Shown: positions 27,547-37,753 of the stretch, piece after piece | Position numbering within the stretch: position 1 is the first letter of the stretch | How the letters are laid out: every line of letters begins with the position of its first letter | Sequence record: SRR20825010_2222 | Length of the DNA: 64,000 nucleotides | Direction: 5' to 3' (one strand) | Made by a program: the position numbers and the translations under genes | Notes under the pieces: model-generated | Database searches by the model: none | Told to the model about the DNA's origin: nothing | Seen by the model: only the letters and a program-made list of their open reading frames with translations

Positions 27547-29523
27547 CTAATAGGATAACAAATTTAAAAGCTCCTGTCCAAATCTTTCTTTGGGCAAATA
27601 ATTATTTTCCAAATTTTTGGAAAAAGGAATGGGCGTCTCCAAACTGGCAACCCGTTTTACAGGTGCATCCAAGAACTCAAAACAGTTTTCCACCACCAAA
27701 GCGCAAATGTCACTGGCCACACCCCCAAACAAACTATCCTCTTGTAAAATAATAAGTTTGCCTGTTTTTTTAACGGAGGTATAAATTGCATCCATATCCA
27801 TGGGCTGCAAGGTCCTTAAATCAATCAGATCGGCTTTTATATCGGGATTGTCATTTAGTGACTCCAGTGCCCAATGCACACCCAAGCCATAGGAAACTAC
27901 AGTAATATCCGCACCTTCCCTCAATAGGGATGCCTTACCAAAAGGCAGCGTATAATAATCCTCGGGCACGTCTTGGTAAATATTCCTATAAAGTCCTTTA
28001 TGTTCAAAAAACAATACCGGATTGGGATCATTGATGGAAGTGGCCAAAAGGCCCTTTGCATCATATGGAAAGGCCGGATAGACCACTTTTAATCCCGGAG
28101 TCTTTGTAAACCAAGCTTCATTGGTCTGTGAATGAAAAGGTCCAGCCCCCATCCCTGCCCCACAGGGCATCCGTATAACAACATCTGCATGTTCACCCCA
28201 ACGGTAATGTACTTTGGCCAAATAGTTTACCACAGGATTAAATCCTGTACTTACAAAGTCGGCAAACTGCATTTCCACTACCGATTTCACTCCGTTTATG
28301 GAAAGGCCCATTGCGGCAGAAACCACTGCCGATTCACATATTGGGGTATTCCGGACACGGTCCTTTCCAAAAGCCTCCACAAAACCCTCGGTAATCTTAA
28401 ACACTCCGCCATAATCTGCAATATCCTGCCCCATAATCACGAGGTTTTCGTGCCTTTCCATAGACTGTTTCAATCCTTGGGAAACCGCATCGATCAACCT
28501 AATATTTTTAGTTGTGGAATTATGATTAATCTGCTGATAATCAAACTCTTTATAAACATCCTTTAATTCCTTTGTTTCATCTACTTCAATCTCATTCTCC
28601 GCAAAGGCTTTTTTTAGATCGTAGTCTATTTCTGCATATATTTCATTTTTAAATGTTTCTATCAAATGGGCCGAAAGAATCTTTTCCTCCAAAAGAAAGT
28701 TTTCAAAATTAACAATGGGATCCTTTTCTTCCCAGGCATCCAACAATTGCTGTGGGACATATTTGGTTCCACTGGCTTCCTCATGGCCACGCATTCTAAA
28801 TGTTCTAAATTCCAACAAAACGGGCCTAGGGTTTTTCCGCACACTATTACAAATAAAATCGACCTGGGAATATACTTCCAAAATATTGTTGCCCTCTACG
28901 ATATGCGATTCCATTCCGTAACCTATCCCTTTGTCCGCCAAATTTTCACATCTGTATTGCTCGTTTGTCGGGGTAGACAATCCATAACCGTTGTTCTCTA
29001 TACAAAATAGAACAGGCAAATCCCATACTGCAGCAAGATTTAAGGCCTCATGGAAATCGCCCTCGCTTGTCCCCCCCTCTCCCGTAAAGACAGCGGTAAC
29101 CTTATTATTCTGTTTCAGAAGATCTGCAAGGGCTATCCCGTCGGCTACCCCCAACTGTGGACCCAAATGGGATATCATCCCTACAATTTTATATTCTTGG
29201 GTACCAAAGTGAAAACTTCTGTCCCTACCATTGGTAAAGCCATTGCCTTTACCCTGCCATTGGGAGAAAAGTCGGTGTAAAGGTATATTTCTTGTGGTAA
29301 AAACACCAAGATTGCGGTGCATGGGCAAGATGTATTCATCAGGCCTTAAGGCACTGGTAACCCCTACCGCTATTGCTTCCTGTCCTATGCCACTAAACCA
29401 TTTGCTTATTTTTCCCTGGCGTAGAAGAATCAACATTTTCTCCTCTATCAAACGTGGTTTAAGCATCCGTTGATAAAGTTTCAGTTGCATGGCCTTATCA
29501 ACACTATCACCTTTATATTGCAT
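27547..29523 (-). CDS. Fused 2-oxoacid dehydrogenase E1 alpha/beta (probably branched-chain)
   Basis: GEGGTSEG..ENN TPP motif, RMRGH, TPICE, EMQFADF and GPFHSQ motifs. Confidence 0.9.
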   Translation of the reverse strand: MQYKGDSVDKAMQLKLYQRMLKPRLIEEKMLILLRQGKISKWFSGIGQEAIAVGVTSALRPDEYILPMHRNLGVFTTRNIPLHRLFSQWQGKGNGFTNGRDRSFHFGTQEYKIVGMISHLGPQLGVADGIALADLLKQNNKVTAVFTGEGGTSEGDFHEALNLAAVWDLPVLFCIENNGYGLSTPTNEQYRCENLADKGIGYGMESHIVEGNNILEVYSQVDFICNSVRKNPRPVLLEFRTFRMRGHEEASGTKYVPQQLLDAWEEKDPIVNFENFLLEEKILSAHLIETFKNEIYAEIDYDLKKAFAENEIEVDETKELKDVYKEFDYQQINHNSTTKNIRLIDAVSQGLKQSMERHENLVIMGQDIADYGGVFKITEGFVEAFGKDRVRNTPICESAVVSAAMGLSINGVKSVVEMQFADFVSTGFNPVVNYLAKVHYRWGEHADVVIRMPCGAGMGAGPFHSQTNEAWFTKTPGLKVVYPAFPYDAKGLLATSINDPNPVLFFEHKGLYRNIYQDVPEDYYTLPFGKASLLREGADITVVSYGLGVHWALESLNDNPDIKADLIDLRTLQPMDMDAIYTSVKKTGKLIILQEDSLFGGVASDICALVVENCFEFLDAPVKRVASLETPIPFSKNLENNYLPKERFGQELLNLLSY

Positions 29524-29649
29524 GTTATGTTTTTATACTTTTTGGCTTAAATAATTTATAAATGTAACAAAACAGAAAAACAAAGTCGAATAATATTTCA
29601 AGAAGATTGGCCATATTTATTAACTTTGATTTTATTAAAAATAATGATG

Positions 29650-30600
29650 ATGAGTGCAATACCAAGTGTAAATCTTGAAGATTTTTTATCCAACGATAAA
29701 AATAGAAAAGAAAAATTCATAAAAGAGATAGGAAGTGCCTTCGAGAATATTGGATTCGTAGCATTAAGTGGTCATTTTTTGTCCGAAAAATTGGTAGACG
29801 ACCTGTATTCCGAAATCAAGAAATTTTTCCACCTACCACAAGAAGTCAAGGATAAATATGAAATTCCCGGGATTGGGGGACAAAGGGGATATACTTCTTT
29901 TGGTAAAGAACATGCCAAAGGAAAAAAAGAAGGGGATTTAAAGGAATTTTGGCATTTTGGCCAGTATGTAGAAAATAACCCAAAATTGGAAAAGGAATAT
30001 CCTGCCAATGTAGAGGTCCAAGAGTTGGCAGATTTTAATGTTACCGGTAAGGAAACCTATAAAATGTTGGAAAAAACGGCAAAGTATGTTTTGCGTGCAC
30101 TTGCCCTTCATTTAGACTTGGAGGAAACCTATTTTGACGATTATATTAAAAATGGAAATTCCATTTTAAGACCAATACATTACCCCCCCATAAAGGATGA
30201 ACCAAAAAATGCCGTTAGAGCTGCTGCCCATGGGGATATTAATTTAATTACCCTTTTAATGGGAGCCCATGGAAAGGGACTACAGGTAAAAAACCACGAC
30301 GGGGAATGGGTAGATGCAATTGCCCGGCCAGATCAATTGATGATCAACGTGGGGGATATGCTTTCCCGTTTAACCAATAATAAATTAAAATCTACCATAC
30401 ACCAGGTGGTAAATCCCCCCAGGGAACTATGGGGTACTTCCAGGTATTCCGTACCGTTTTTTATGCATCCCATTAGCGAAATGCCTTTAAATTGTTTAGA
30501 GAATTGTGTGGATAGGGACCATCCAAAACAATTTGAGGACATTACAGCTGGCGAGTTTTTGCATGAAAGACTGATCGACTTAGGCTTAATTACGAAGTAG
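29650..30600 (+). CDS. Isopenicillin N synthase-like 2OG-Fe(II) oxygenase
   Basis: HGD..H facial triad and RYS motif. Confidence 0.9.
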   Translation: MSAIPSVNLEDFLSNDKNRKEKFIKEIGSAFENIGFVALSGHFLSEKLVDDLYSEIKKFFHLPQEVKDKYEIPGIGGQRGYTSFGKEHAKGKKEGDLKEFWHFGQYVENNPKLEKEYPANVEVQELADFNVTGKETYKMLEKTAKYVLRALALHLDLEETYFDDYIKNGNSILRPIHYPPIKDEPKNAVRAAAHGDINLITLLMGAHGKGLQVKNHDGEWVDAIARPDQLMINVGDMLSRLTNNKLKSTIHQVVNPPRELWGTSRYSVPFFMHPISEMPLNCLENCVDRDHPKQFEDITAGEFLHERLIDLGLITK

Positions 30601-30676
30601 ATTAGAAGTAATCAAAACTTAATAATAGCCTAGAACGTGAACTATTTTTAGTATTAACAATTTAACCTTGGACACT

Positions 30677-31282
30677 ATGAAAAAAGTAATTTTACCAGTC
30701 GTATTATTGGCGGTTATGGCATTTGGAGTAGTTAAATCTACGCTGACAGACGCCGAACGGGAATTTGCCGTAAAAGAATTGACAAAATCCCATGATCATT
30801 TTTTAAATACTTTGGAGGGTTTAAATGAAGCGCAACTCAATTACAAGATAACGGATGATTCCTGGTCCATTGCCGAGTGTGCGGAGCATATTGCAATTTC
30901 AGAAAATATGATCTTTGGTATGCTTCAGGGTACTTTGGCCAATGAGCCAGACCCTTCCAAACGTGGAGAAGTAAAAGTTTCTGATGAGGGATTAATTGCC
31001 ATGATAGAAGACCGTAGCAACAAAGTAAAAACTAGCGAGCCTTTTGAACCCTCTGGGAAATATGGCAGTTTTGAAGAAACAGTGGAGGAATTTAAAACCA
31101 GAAGGAATGAACATATAGAATATGTTAAAAGTACTCAGGACGACCTTCGAAACCGATACCAACAACTTCCTTTTGGGACCGTTGATGCCTATCAAATACT
31201 TTTGTTTATGTCCGGTCATACGGAAAGACATATTAAGCAGATGGAGGAAGTAATGGACGACGAGGACTTTCCAATGGATTAA
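30677..31282 (+). CDS. DinB family protein with N-terminal signal/anchor
   Basis: WSIAECAEHI and HTERH His triad. Confidence 0.85.
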   Translation: MKKVILPVVLLAVMAFGVVKSTLTDAEREFAVKELTKSHDHFLNTLEGLNEAQLNYKITDDSWSIAECAEHIAISENMIFGMLQGTLANEPDPSKRGEVKVSDEGLIAMIEDRSNKVKTSEPFEPSGKYGSFEETVEEFKTRRNEHIEYVKSTQDDLRNRYQQLPFGTVDAYQILLFMSGHTERHIKQMEEVMDDEDFPMD

Positions 31283-31391
31283 ATAACATCTAAATCAAAA
31301 TGACCCATTCCGACCAAAATCCCAATTTGTGAAGGATGGGTTTTGATTTTGGCGTTGAAATACTATTTTAGCATAATTTTTAAAATTTACA

Positions 31392-31721
31392 ATGGACTTA
31401 AAGGATCAATTGAAGAATCTATTTCCGGATCATGAGCCAACGGAGGATGAGCAGAAAAAAGATGTTGAAAATGAAATTTGGTTGCAGGAAGAACCTATTA
31501 TTTGCAAGTATGAAAAAAGAAAGGGAAAACCAATAACCATATTGGAGGGGTACACCGGAGCAGACGAAGATTTTAAAAAATTGGCCAAGGAACTTAAAAC
31601 CAAACTTAGTGTAGGCGGAAGTTTTAAGGATGATTCTATAATCATTCAAGGAGATTATAGAGATAAAATAATGAAAATTTTACAGGAAAAAGGATTTAAA
31701 GTAAAACGCGTTGGAGGTTAG
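31392..31721 (+). CDS. SUI1/YciH translation initiation factor family protein
   Basis: KRKGKPIT, VGGSFKD and IIIQGDYRD motifs. Confidence 0.92.
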   Translation: MDLKDQLKNLFPDHEPTEDEQKKDVENEIWLQEEPIICKYEKRKGKPITILEGYTGADEDFKKLAKELKTKLSVGGSFKDDSIIIQGDYRDKIMKILQEKGFKVKRVGG

Positions 31722-31794
31722 ATTTTTGTTAATTATTTTCTGATATTAAGATAAAACACTACTTTTATTAGCCACAACCTAAACCACCATTACA

Positions 31795-32727
31795 ATGAGT
31801 TCCCAATTACACATAACAAACGGTGATATACTCACCAATAAATTGAACACCCTTAAATTGGAAGGGGATATTATTACCTGGCGCGAAATGTTATGTGAAG
31901 GTAAGACCGAAACCAATGTTGGCAGCGAATCATTTTGGAAAACCAGGTTCGAGTTTTTAAATAAGAACTATAAAATTTCCAAAACGTGGTTTATTGATAA
32001 GACTTTAAAAGAATACCGCACCCTCTGTAACCACAAACAGGAAGACCGTATTGTACTTTGGTTCGATTTCGATCTTTTTGATCAAATAAATATGTTGGCG
32101 GTAATTAGCTGGTTAAAGACCCATAGGCCTTATGCCGAAATATCTTTGGTATCCAGTGAAGGAGAAGAAGATTCCTTGGATATATTGGGACTAGGAGAAT
32201 TAACCGATGAGCAATTACGAAAATTATACACCAATCGCACTCTTTTAACTCAGGACGATATAGAATACGCCGATTATGTTTGGCAGTTGTACTGTAGCGA
32301 CAACCCTATAAGATTGGAAAACCTTAAGGATTTTGACAGTTTTCAGTTCTCCCACCTTTCCGGTGCTATAGAAGCCCACCTGATGCGTTTCCCAACCATT
32401 AGAAACGGTCTCAATGAAGTAGAAAACAATATATTGCGCTTGGCACGCAGTGCCAAACCAAAGACTAAACTGGAATTATTGAACACGGTCTTGAGAAACC
32501 AAGGGCGTTATGGTTTTGGCGATACCCAATACGAGCGTGTAATAACCAAGTTAAAACCTCTTTTTACCAATTTAAGTCCTGTTAAACTTTCAAAAAAAGG
32601 TATGGAAATCCTGGAAGGAAAAACCAGCTACTATTCATGTATCCAAGAAAATGACGCCTATTTGGGCGGAGCCTTAAAATATAATTTCCTCTACAACTCT
32701 GAAACGAACCGCATACTAAAATTGTAA
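31795..32727 (+). CDS. DUF1835-like protein
   Basis: LHITNGD, WREMLCEG and LWFDFDLFDQ motifs. Confidence 0.7.
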   Translation: MSSQLHITNGDILTNKLNTLKLEGDIITWREMLCEGKTETNVGSESFWKTRFEFLNKNYKISKTWFIDKTLKEYRTLCNHKQEDRIVLWFDFDLFDQINMLAVISWLKTHRPYAEISLVSSEGEEDSLDILGLGELTDEQLRKLYTNRTLLTQDDIEYADYVWQLYCSDNPIRLENLKDFDSFQFSHLSGAIEAHLMRFPTIRNGLNEVENNILRLARSAKPKTKLELLNTVLRNQGRYGFGDTQYERVITKLKPLFTNLSPVKLSKKGMEILEGKTSYYSCIQENDAYLGGALKYNFLYNSETNRILKL

Positions 32728-32728
32728 A

Positions 32729-33595
32729 ATGAAAATTGGTTCTTCAGAGCTAATCCTAAACGCAGACCAAAGCGTATACCATCTTAATTTATTACCCCAA
32801 GACCTAGCAGACACCATAATTACCGTTGGAGATCCCGATAGGGTAAAGCGTGTTTCCCAGTTTTTTGATAAAATCGACTTAAAAAAAGGAAAACGGGAAT
32901 TCCTGACCCATACGGGATGGCTGAACAACAAGCGTATATCCGTAATTTCAACCGGTATCGGCACGGACAATATAGACATTGTCCTAAATGAACTGGATGC
33001 CCTGGTCAACATTGATTTTGAAACCAGGACCGTAAAAAAAGATAAAACCCGATTGGATATTATTAGGATAGGGACTTCAGGAGCAATTCAGCAAGATATT
33101 CCCGTAGATTCCTTTTTGATAAGCGAATACGCCATTGGCCTGGACAGTCTTTTGCATTTTTACGACAGTTTACATATTCAACACCCAGAAATTCAGGAAG
33201 CATTTTTAAAACACACCAAATGGCTGAAAGAAAAGTCTAGCCCCTATGTGGTAGCATATGACAAAGACTTGGGAGCCCAGTTCGTCTCGGACAAAATGCA
33301 ACTTGGATTTACCGCTACAAATGTTGGGTTCTACGGGCCTCAGGGCAGAAGTTTACGATTAAAATTGGAAGATGACAACATGAATGCCAAACTGGCCAGT
33401 TTTAACTACAAAAATAAACGTATTACCAATTTGGAAATGGAGACCTCCGGCATTTATGGCTTGGCAAAGTTATTGGGTCACAGGGCCGTTTCCTTAAACT
33501 GTATTTTGGCAAATAGGCCAAACGGACAGTTTTCATCAAGACCGGATTTGGCGATAGACGAACTGATAAAATATGCCCTGAACAAGATAGCCTAA
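32729..33595 (+). CDS. Nucleoside (uridine) phosphorylase family protein
   Basis: VYHL, GDPDRV, STGIG, RIGTSG, FYGPQGR and EME motifs. Confidence 0.9.
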   Translation: MKIGSSELILNADQSVYHLNLLPQDLADTIITVGDPDRVKRVSQFFDKIDLKKGKREFLTHTGWLNNKRISVISTGIGTDNIDIVLNELDALVNIDFETRTVKKDKTRLDIIRIGTSGAIQQDIPVDSFLISEYAIGLDSLLHFYDSLHIQHPEIQEAFLKHTKWLKEKSSPYVVAYDKDLGAQFVSDKMQLGFTATNVGFYGPQGRSLRLKLEDDNMNAKLASFNYKNKRITNLEMETSGIYGLAKLLGHRAVSLNCILANRPNGQFSSRPDLAIDELIKYALNKIA

Positions 33596-33725
33596 AGTTA
33601 CAATAGTTAAAAAGACAATTAATTGAATGTAAGTGCTTTAATATGTGCTATATATACCAAAAATTAAAAACATCATTATAGCCGGCACTCCTAATTAATT
33701 GACAAACCAGATAAAAATAATTGAT

Positions 33726-34580
33726 TTGAAAAATGTAAATATCATAGGTGTTCCCGAACACTTTAATTTTCCCTGGCAATTAGCCATAGAAGAAGGCGCC
33801 TTCGGAGCCCGTGGAATAAACCTAAATTGGACAGATATCCCGGAAGGAACCGGTAAAATGGCTCAATTATTAAAAGATAACGAAACCGATCTGGCCATTA
33901 TTTTGACCGAAGGGATCGTAAAAAGTATAAGCGAAGGGAATCCCTCGAAAATAGTTCAGGAATATATAGCTACTCCCCTTTTATGGGGCATCCACGTAGC
34001 TGCCAAAAGTAATTATAAGACCTTGGCTGATCTAAAAAACAAAACCGCGGCTATAAGCAGATATGGGAGTGGCAGCCATCTAATGGCATACGTAAACGCA
34101 CAAAACCAAGGTTGGAACACCCAAGATTTAAAATTTGAGGTAATCGACAATTTAAATGGTGCGGTGGCCAGTTTAACAGAGGGCAAGGCCGATTATTTTA
34201 TGTGGGAGCGTTTTACTACAAAACCCTTGGTTGATCAAGGAGTATTTAGAAGAATTACAGACTGCCCAACCCCATGGCCTTGCTTCGTTATTGCCGCAAC
34301 GGATAAGTTTATCACCGAAAATCCCGGAACCTTGAAACATATATTGGACATCATCAATATATATACCTCCGATTTTAAACGGATTCCCAGCATAGACCGG
34401 ACCTTGGCCAACACTTATAACCAGCAACTGGAAGATATTGAACATTGGCTATCCCTAACGGAATGGGGACAAAATAATATCAGTAAAAAGAATTTGGAAT
34501 TGGTACAAAACACCTTAAAAGACTTGAAGCTTATTGAAAAGATAACCCCAAGCAAGGAGATATTGTACAAGGGAACTTAG
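33726..34580 (+). CDS. Periplasmic-binding-protein-fold (SsuA/THI5-like) protein without signal peptide
   Basis: GVPEHFN, GTGKM, SRYGSGSH and WERFTT motifs; TTG start uncertain. Confidence 0.75.
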   Translation: MKNVNIIGVPEHFNFPWQLAIEEGAFGARGINLNWTDIPEGTGKMAQLLKDNETDLAIILTEGIVKSISEGNPSKIVQEYIATPLLWGIHVAAKSNYKTLADLKNKTAAISRYGSGSHLMAYVNAQNQGWNTQDLKFEVIDNLNGAVASLTEGKADYFMWERFTTKPLVDQGVFRRITDCPTPWPCFVIAATDKFITENPGTLKHILDIINIYTSDFKRIPSIDRTLANTYNQQLEDIEHWLSLTEWGQNNISKKNLELVQNTLKDLKLIEKITPSKEILYKGT

Positions 34581-34615
34581 AAAGGGACAAACAGATTTTT
34601 TTGATTTCTGGTCGC

Positions 34616-35032
34616 CTACTCGTAAAAATAGGTTTGGATTATACTTCTAAAATTGATATCCGACAAAGGTTTCTGAAGACATTCCTTAACACGTGGATTG
34701 GCCAAGGCCCTGTAGGTTAATTCCTCAGTACCATTGGCGGTCAATACTGCTATTACAATTTTTTCTTTTTCCTCTTTTCTAAAAAGTATATCAAAAGCCT
34801 CCAAAAATTGCCATCCGTTCATTATCGGCATTTCAATATCCAAAATCAAAAGAAAACTTCCTTGGTCTATATCATTTATGTTCGCCTCAATAAAATCCAA
34901 CGCCCTATGACCATCCGTAACAGTATCAATATCCAGGTCAGGAATAAGTTTTTTTAAAAATAGTTTATTGAGCATATTGGTTGTTCCGTCGTCATCAACC
35001 AACAATACCCATTTTAATTTAGTAGAATTCAT
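34616..35032 (-). CDS. Single-domain response regulator
   Basis: VDDD, LDIEMP, VLTA and KP motifs. Confidence 0.85.
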   Translation of the reverse strand: MNSTKLKWVLLVDDDGTTNMLNKLFLKKLIPDLDIDTVTDGHRALDFIEANINDIDQGSFLLILDIEMPIMNGWQFLEAFDILFRKEEKEKIVIAVLTANGTEELTYRALANPRVKECLQKPLSDINFRSIIQTYFYE

Positions 35033-35254
35033 TAACCTATTAATATTTAATATCACAAATGCTAGTGTAAGTTTTACAATACAAATTCAAAAAAAGTACA
35101 AATATAGATTTAGTTAATACTACATTTTCGCTTTTGGACAAAAAAGTAATATAAATGTTCTTTCTAAAACTGAAATTTTGAAAAAAATGGAACCTTTCTA
35201 TACTTTATAGCCATATGACAGTTTTGTATAAATCCTAATCCAACAAAATACGGA

Positions 35255-35920
35255 TTACCAATTAATTGCTTGTCTTCCATTTTCCAATAATATTTTGTTG
35301 GTTTTACTAAAATGCCTGTTCCCAAACCAATACCCTCTATTGGCACTTAAGGGAGAAGGATGTCCGGAAGTCAAAATGTAATGTTTTTCCGTATTGATCA
35401 ACTTGGCCTTCTTCTTGGCAAAACCTCCCCATAATAAAAACACCAACCCTTCCTTTTCATTGGATAATTTTTGGATAACGGTATCCGTAAAATACTCCCA
35501 TCCCTTTTTTTGGTGACTGCCTGCTTCTTGCGCCCTTACCGTTAAGGTGGCGTTCAGTAAAAGAACGCCTTGATCTGCCCAATGTTCCAAATTTCCATTC
35601 TCAGGATAAGCTTTGCCCAAATCCGATTCAATTTCCCTAAATATATTGACCAACGAGGGTGGGTGCGCCACGCCCCCGTTTACGGAAAAACAAAGACCAT
35701 TGGCCTGATTAGGTCCGTGGTATGGATCTTGACCTATAATAACTACCTTGGTTTCTTCTAAGTGACAGTGATTAAAAGCGGCAAAAATATTACTCTCCTT
35801 TGGGTAGCATGTGTGTTTGGCATATTCCTCTTTAACAAAGGTCATAAGGGATTCAAAATAAGGTTTTTTAAACTCGGCAAGCAAAAGCTTGTACCAACTA
35901 TCATGCACACTAAAAGTCAC
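35255..35920 (-). CDS. ung: Uracil-DNA glycosylase family 1
   Basis: GQDPYH, GVLLLN and HPSPLS motifs; GTG start. Confidence 0.96.
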   Translation of the reverse strand: MTFSVHDSWYKLLLAEFKKPYFESLMTFVKEEYAKHTCYPKESNIFAAFNHCHLEETKVVIIGQDPYHGPNQANGLCFSVNGGVAHPPSLVNIFREIESDLGKAYPENGNLEHWADQGVLLLNATLTVRAQEAGSHQKKGWEYFTDTVIQKLSNEKEGLVFLLWGGFAKKKAKLINTEKHYILTSGHPSPLSANRGYWFGNRHFSKTNKILLENGRQAINW

Positions 35921-36099
35921 TTATGATTTCATTTTATAATTGTTAAACAAAGAATTGATACCTTTCTGCAAGGAATAACATCAAAAATAGTTAAAAAATA
36001 AAAATAATTTTCTTTAAAAGGTGATAACCTGATAAAAAATTGCTGTAGTTAAACTTGCTTACCTTTGCTTTTAGTGATAAAAAATAATAAAGCCATAAA

Positions 36100-36124
36100 T
36101 AAACCTTTTTCAATTTCTATAGTC
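36100..36124 (+). promoter_or_regulatory. Putative autoregulatory ECF promoter
   Basis: TAAACC-N16-GTC, repeated with identical spacing at 36691-36715. Confidence 0.6.
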
Positions 36125-36129
36125 CTATA

Positions 36130-36693
36130 ATGGAACTTAAGTCCAAAATGTTGATTGCGGAAGAAACTTTAGTAATACAATTAAAGCAAAAGGACCATCA
36201 GGCCAAGGCTTTTGAGGTGTTGGTGAACACTTACAAGGAACGTCTGTATTGGCATATAAGAAGAATTGTATTAAACCATGATGACACTGATGATGTATTG
36301 CAGAATACCTTTATAAAGGTTTTCAGAAATATCGATAGCTTTAAGGGTGACAGTAAATTATACTCCTGGATGTATAGAATAGCCACCAATGAGGCATTGT
36401 CATTTTTAAAATCCAAATCACAAAAATTTAAGATAAATAACGAGAAGTTGATGACCAAGGCAGTTGAAGATTTGAGGGCCGATGTCTATTTTGAAGGCGA
36501 TGAAATTCAACTAAAATTACAAATGGCCATTGCAACACTTCCTGAAAAGCAAAAATTAATATTTAATATGAAATATTTTCAGGAGATGAAGTATGAAGAA
36601 ATTTCTGAAATTTTAGAGACCTCCGTAGGTGGATTAAAAGCCTCCTATCATTTGGCATCAAAAAAGATCGAAGCTTTTTTGAAAGAAAATTAA
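36130..36693 (+). CDS. ECF RNA polymerase sigma factor
   Basis: Region 2 DDVLQNTFIK..SWMYRIATN and region 4 YEEISEIL; start could be 36148 or 36151. Confidence 0.93.
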   Translation: MELKSKMLIAEETLVIQLKQKDHQAKAFEVLVNTYKERLYWHIRRIVLNHDDTDDVLQNTFIKVFRNIDSFKGDSKLYSWMYRIATNEALSFLKSKSQKFKINNEKLMTKAVEDLRADVYFEGDEIQLKLQMAIATLPEKQKLIFNMKYFQEMKYEEISEILETSVGGLKASYHLASKKIEAFLKEN

Positions 36694-36715
36694 ACCTTTT
36701 ATATTGTTCAAGGTC
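36691..36715 (+). promoter_or_regulatory. Second putative ECF promoter, upstream of the anti-sigma gene
   Basis: TAAACC (overlapping the sigma stop codon)-N16-GTC. Confidence 0.55.
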
Positions 36716-36726
36716 AAACTATTGAA

Positions 36727-37245
36727 ATGGATAAATTAAATAAAAATAACAGTTTTGGGGTTCCAGATGGGTATTTCGATACCTTTTCCAGCGATATCAT
36801 GAAAAAGATAGCAAAGGAAGATGCTTCTATGCCTCCGAATGAAGGATTCAAAGTTCCGGAGGGTTATTTTGAAACTTTTAACACAAAGCTTCTGGAACAA
36901 CTGGAAAGTAATCCGGCCGAGACCAAGGTAATCCCATTAAAATCTTATAAGAAACACTATTACACGGCCGCTTCCGTTGCCGCAGTTGTACTATTGTTCC
37001 TTGTGGTTCAATTTAATAGCGATAAAACACCATCTTATTCGGACTTGGCCAATTCTGACATAGAAAATTATTTTGAATTTAACGACTTGGAACTTACCTC
37101 CTATGATTTGGCGGAAATACTTCCAATCGATGATTTGGACCTAAACGATATTCTGGAAATTAGGCTGGATAATGACAATATCATAGATTATCTGGACTCC
37201 CATATTGAAGATTTTGAAGAATTAAATATGCACAATGATGATTAG
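36727..37245 (+). CDS. Putative anti-sigma factor
   Basis: Two F.VP.GYF repeats, one TM (AASVAAVVLL), acidic C-terminus; follows the ECF sigma gene. Confidence 0.75.
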   Translation: MDKLNKNNSFGVPDGYFDTFSSDIMKKIAKEDASMPPNEGFKVPEGYFETFNTKLLEQLESNPAETKVIPLKSYKKHYYTAASVAAVVLLFLVVQFNSDKTPSYSDLANSDIENYFEFNDLELTSYDLAEILPIDDLDLNDILEIRLDNDNIIDYLDSHIEDFEELNMHNDD

Positions 37246-37687
37246 AAAAATAAAAATACTTGCCCCTATCCTTTTCCTTGCAGTTACGCTATCCTTAAGC
37301 TCACAGGAAAGACAGGATTGGGATAAAATAAAATCACTAAAAGTAGCTTTCATTACAGAAAGATTGGACCTTACTCCAAAGGAAGCCCAAAGTTTTTGGC
37401 CTCTTTACAATGAACATCAATCCAAAAGGGAAGGTTTGTTCATGGAGGAGCGCTTCGAAATAGGTTCCGAGATAAAAAATCTGGATGCCCTATCGGACGC
37501 ACAAGCCAGCGAACTTCTTGTACGTATGCAAAAATTGGAGGAAGAAAAATATAAGTTGGAAAAATCCTATATCGAAAATATATCCAAGACAATTTCGGCC
37601 AAGAAGACCATTTTGTTGATGCGTTCGGAAGAGGATTTTAAACGTCAGCTTCTCAAACAATATAGACAGAAAAAGGGTGGAAGGTAA
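37235..37687 (+). CDS. Periplasmic Spy/CpxP-like helical protein (ECF-associated)
   Basis: Signal peptide; KVAFITERLDLTPKEAQSFWPLYNE motif. Confidence 0.75.
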   Translation: MMIRKIKILAPILFLAVTLSLSSQERQDWDKIKSLKVAFITERLDLTPKEAQSFWPLYNEHQSKREGLFMEERFEIGSEIKNLDALSDAQASELLVRMQKLEEEKYKLEKSYIENISKTISAKKTILLMRSEEDFKRQLLKQYRQKKGGR

Positions 37688-37753
37688 TTATTTTTCAAGC
37701 TCCAAGTCAAAGGCCGTCTATTAAAACATCGTCTTTTTCAATACCATAACATA

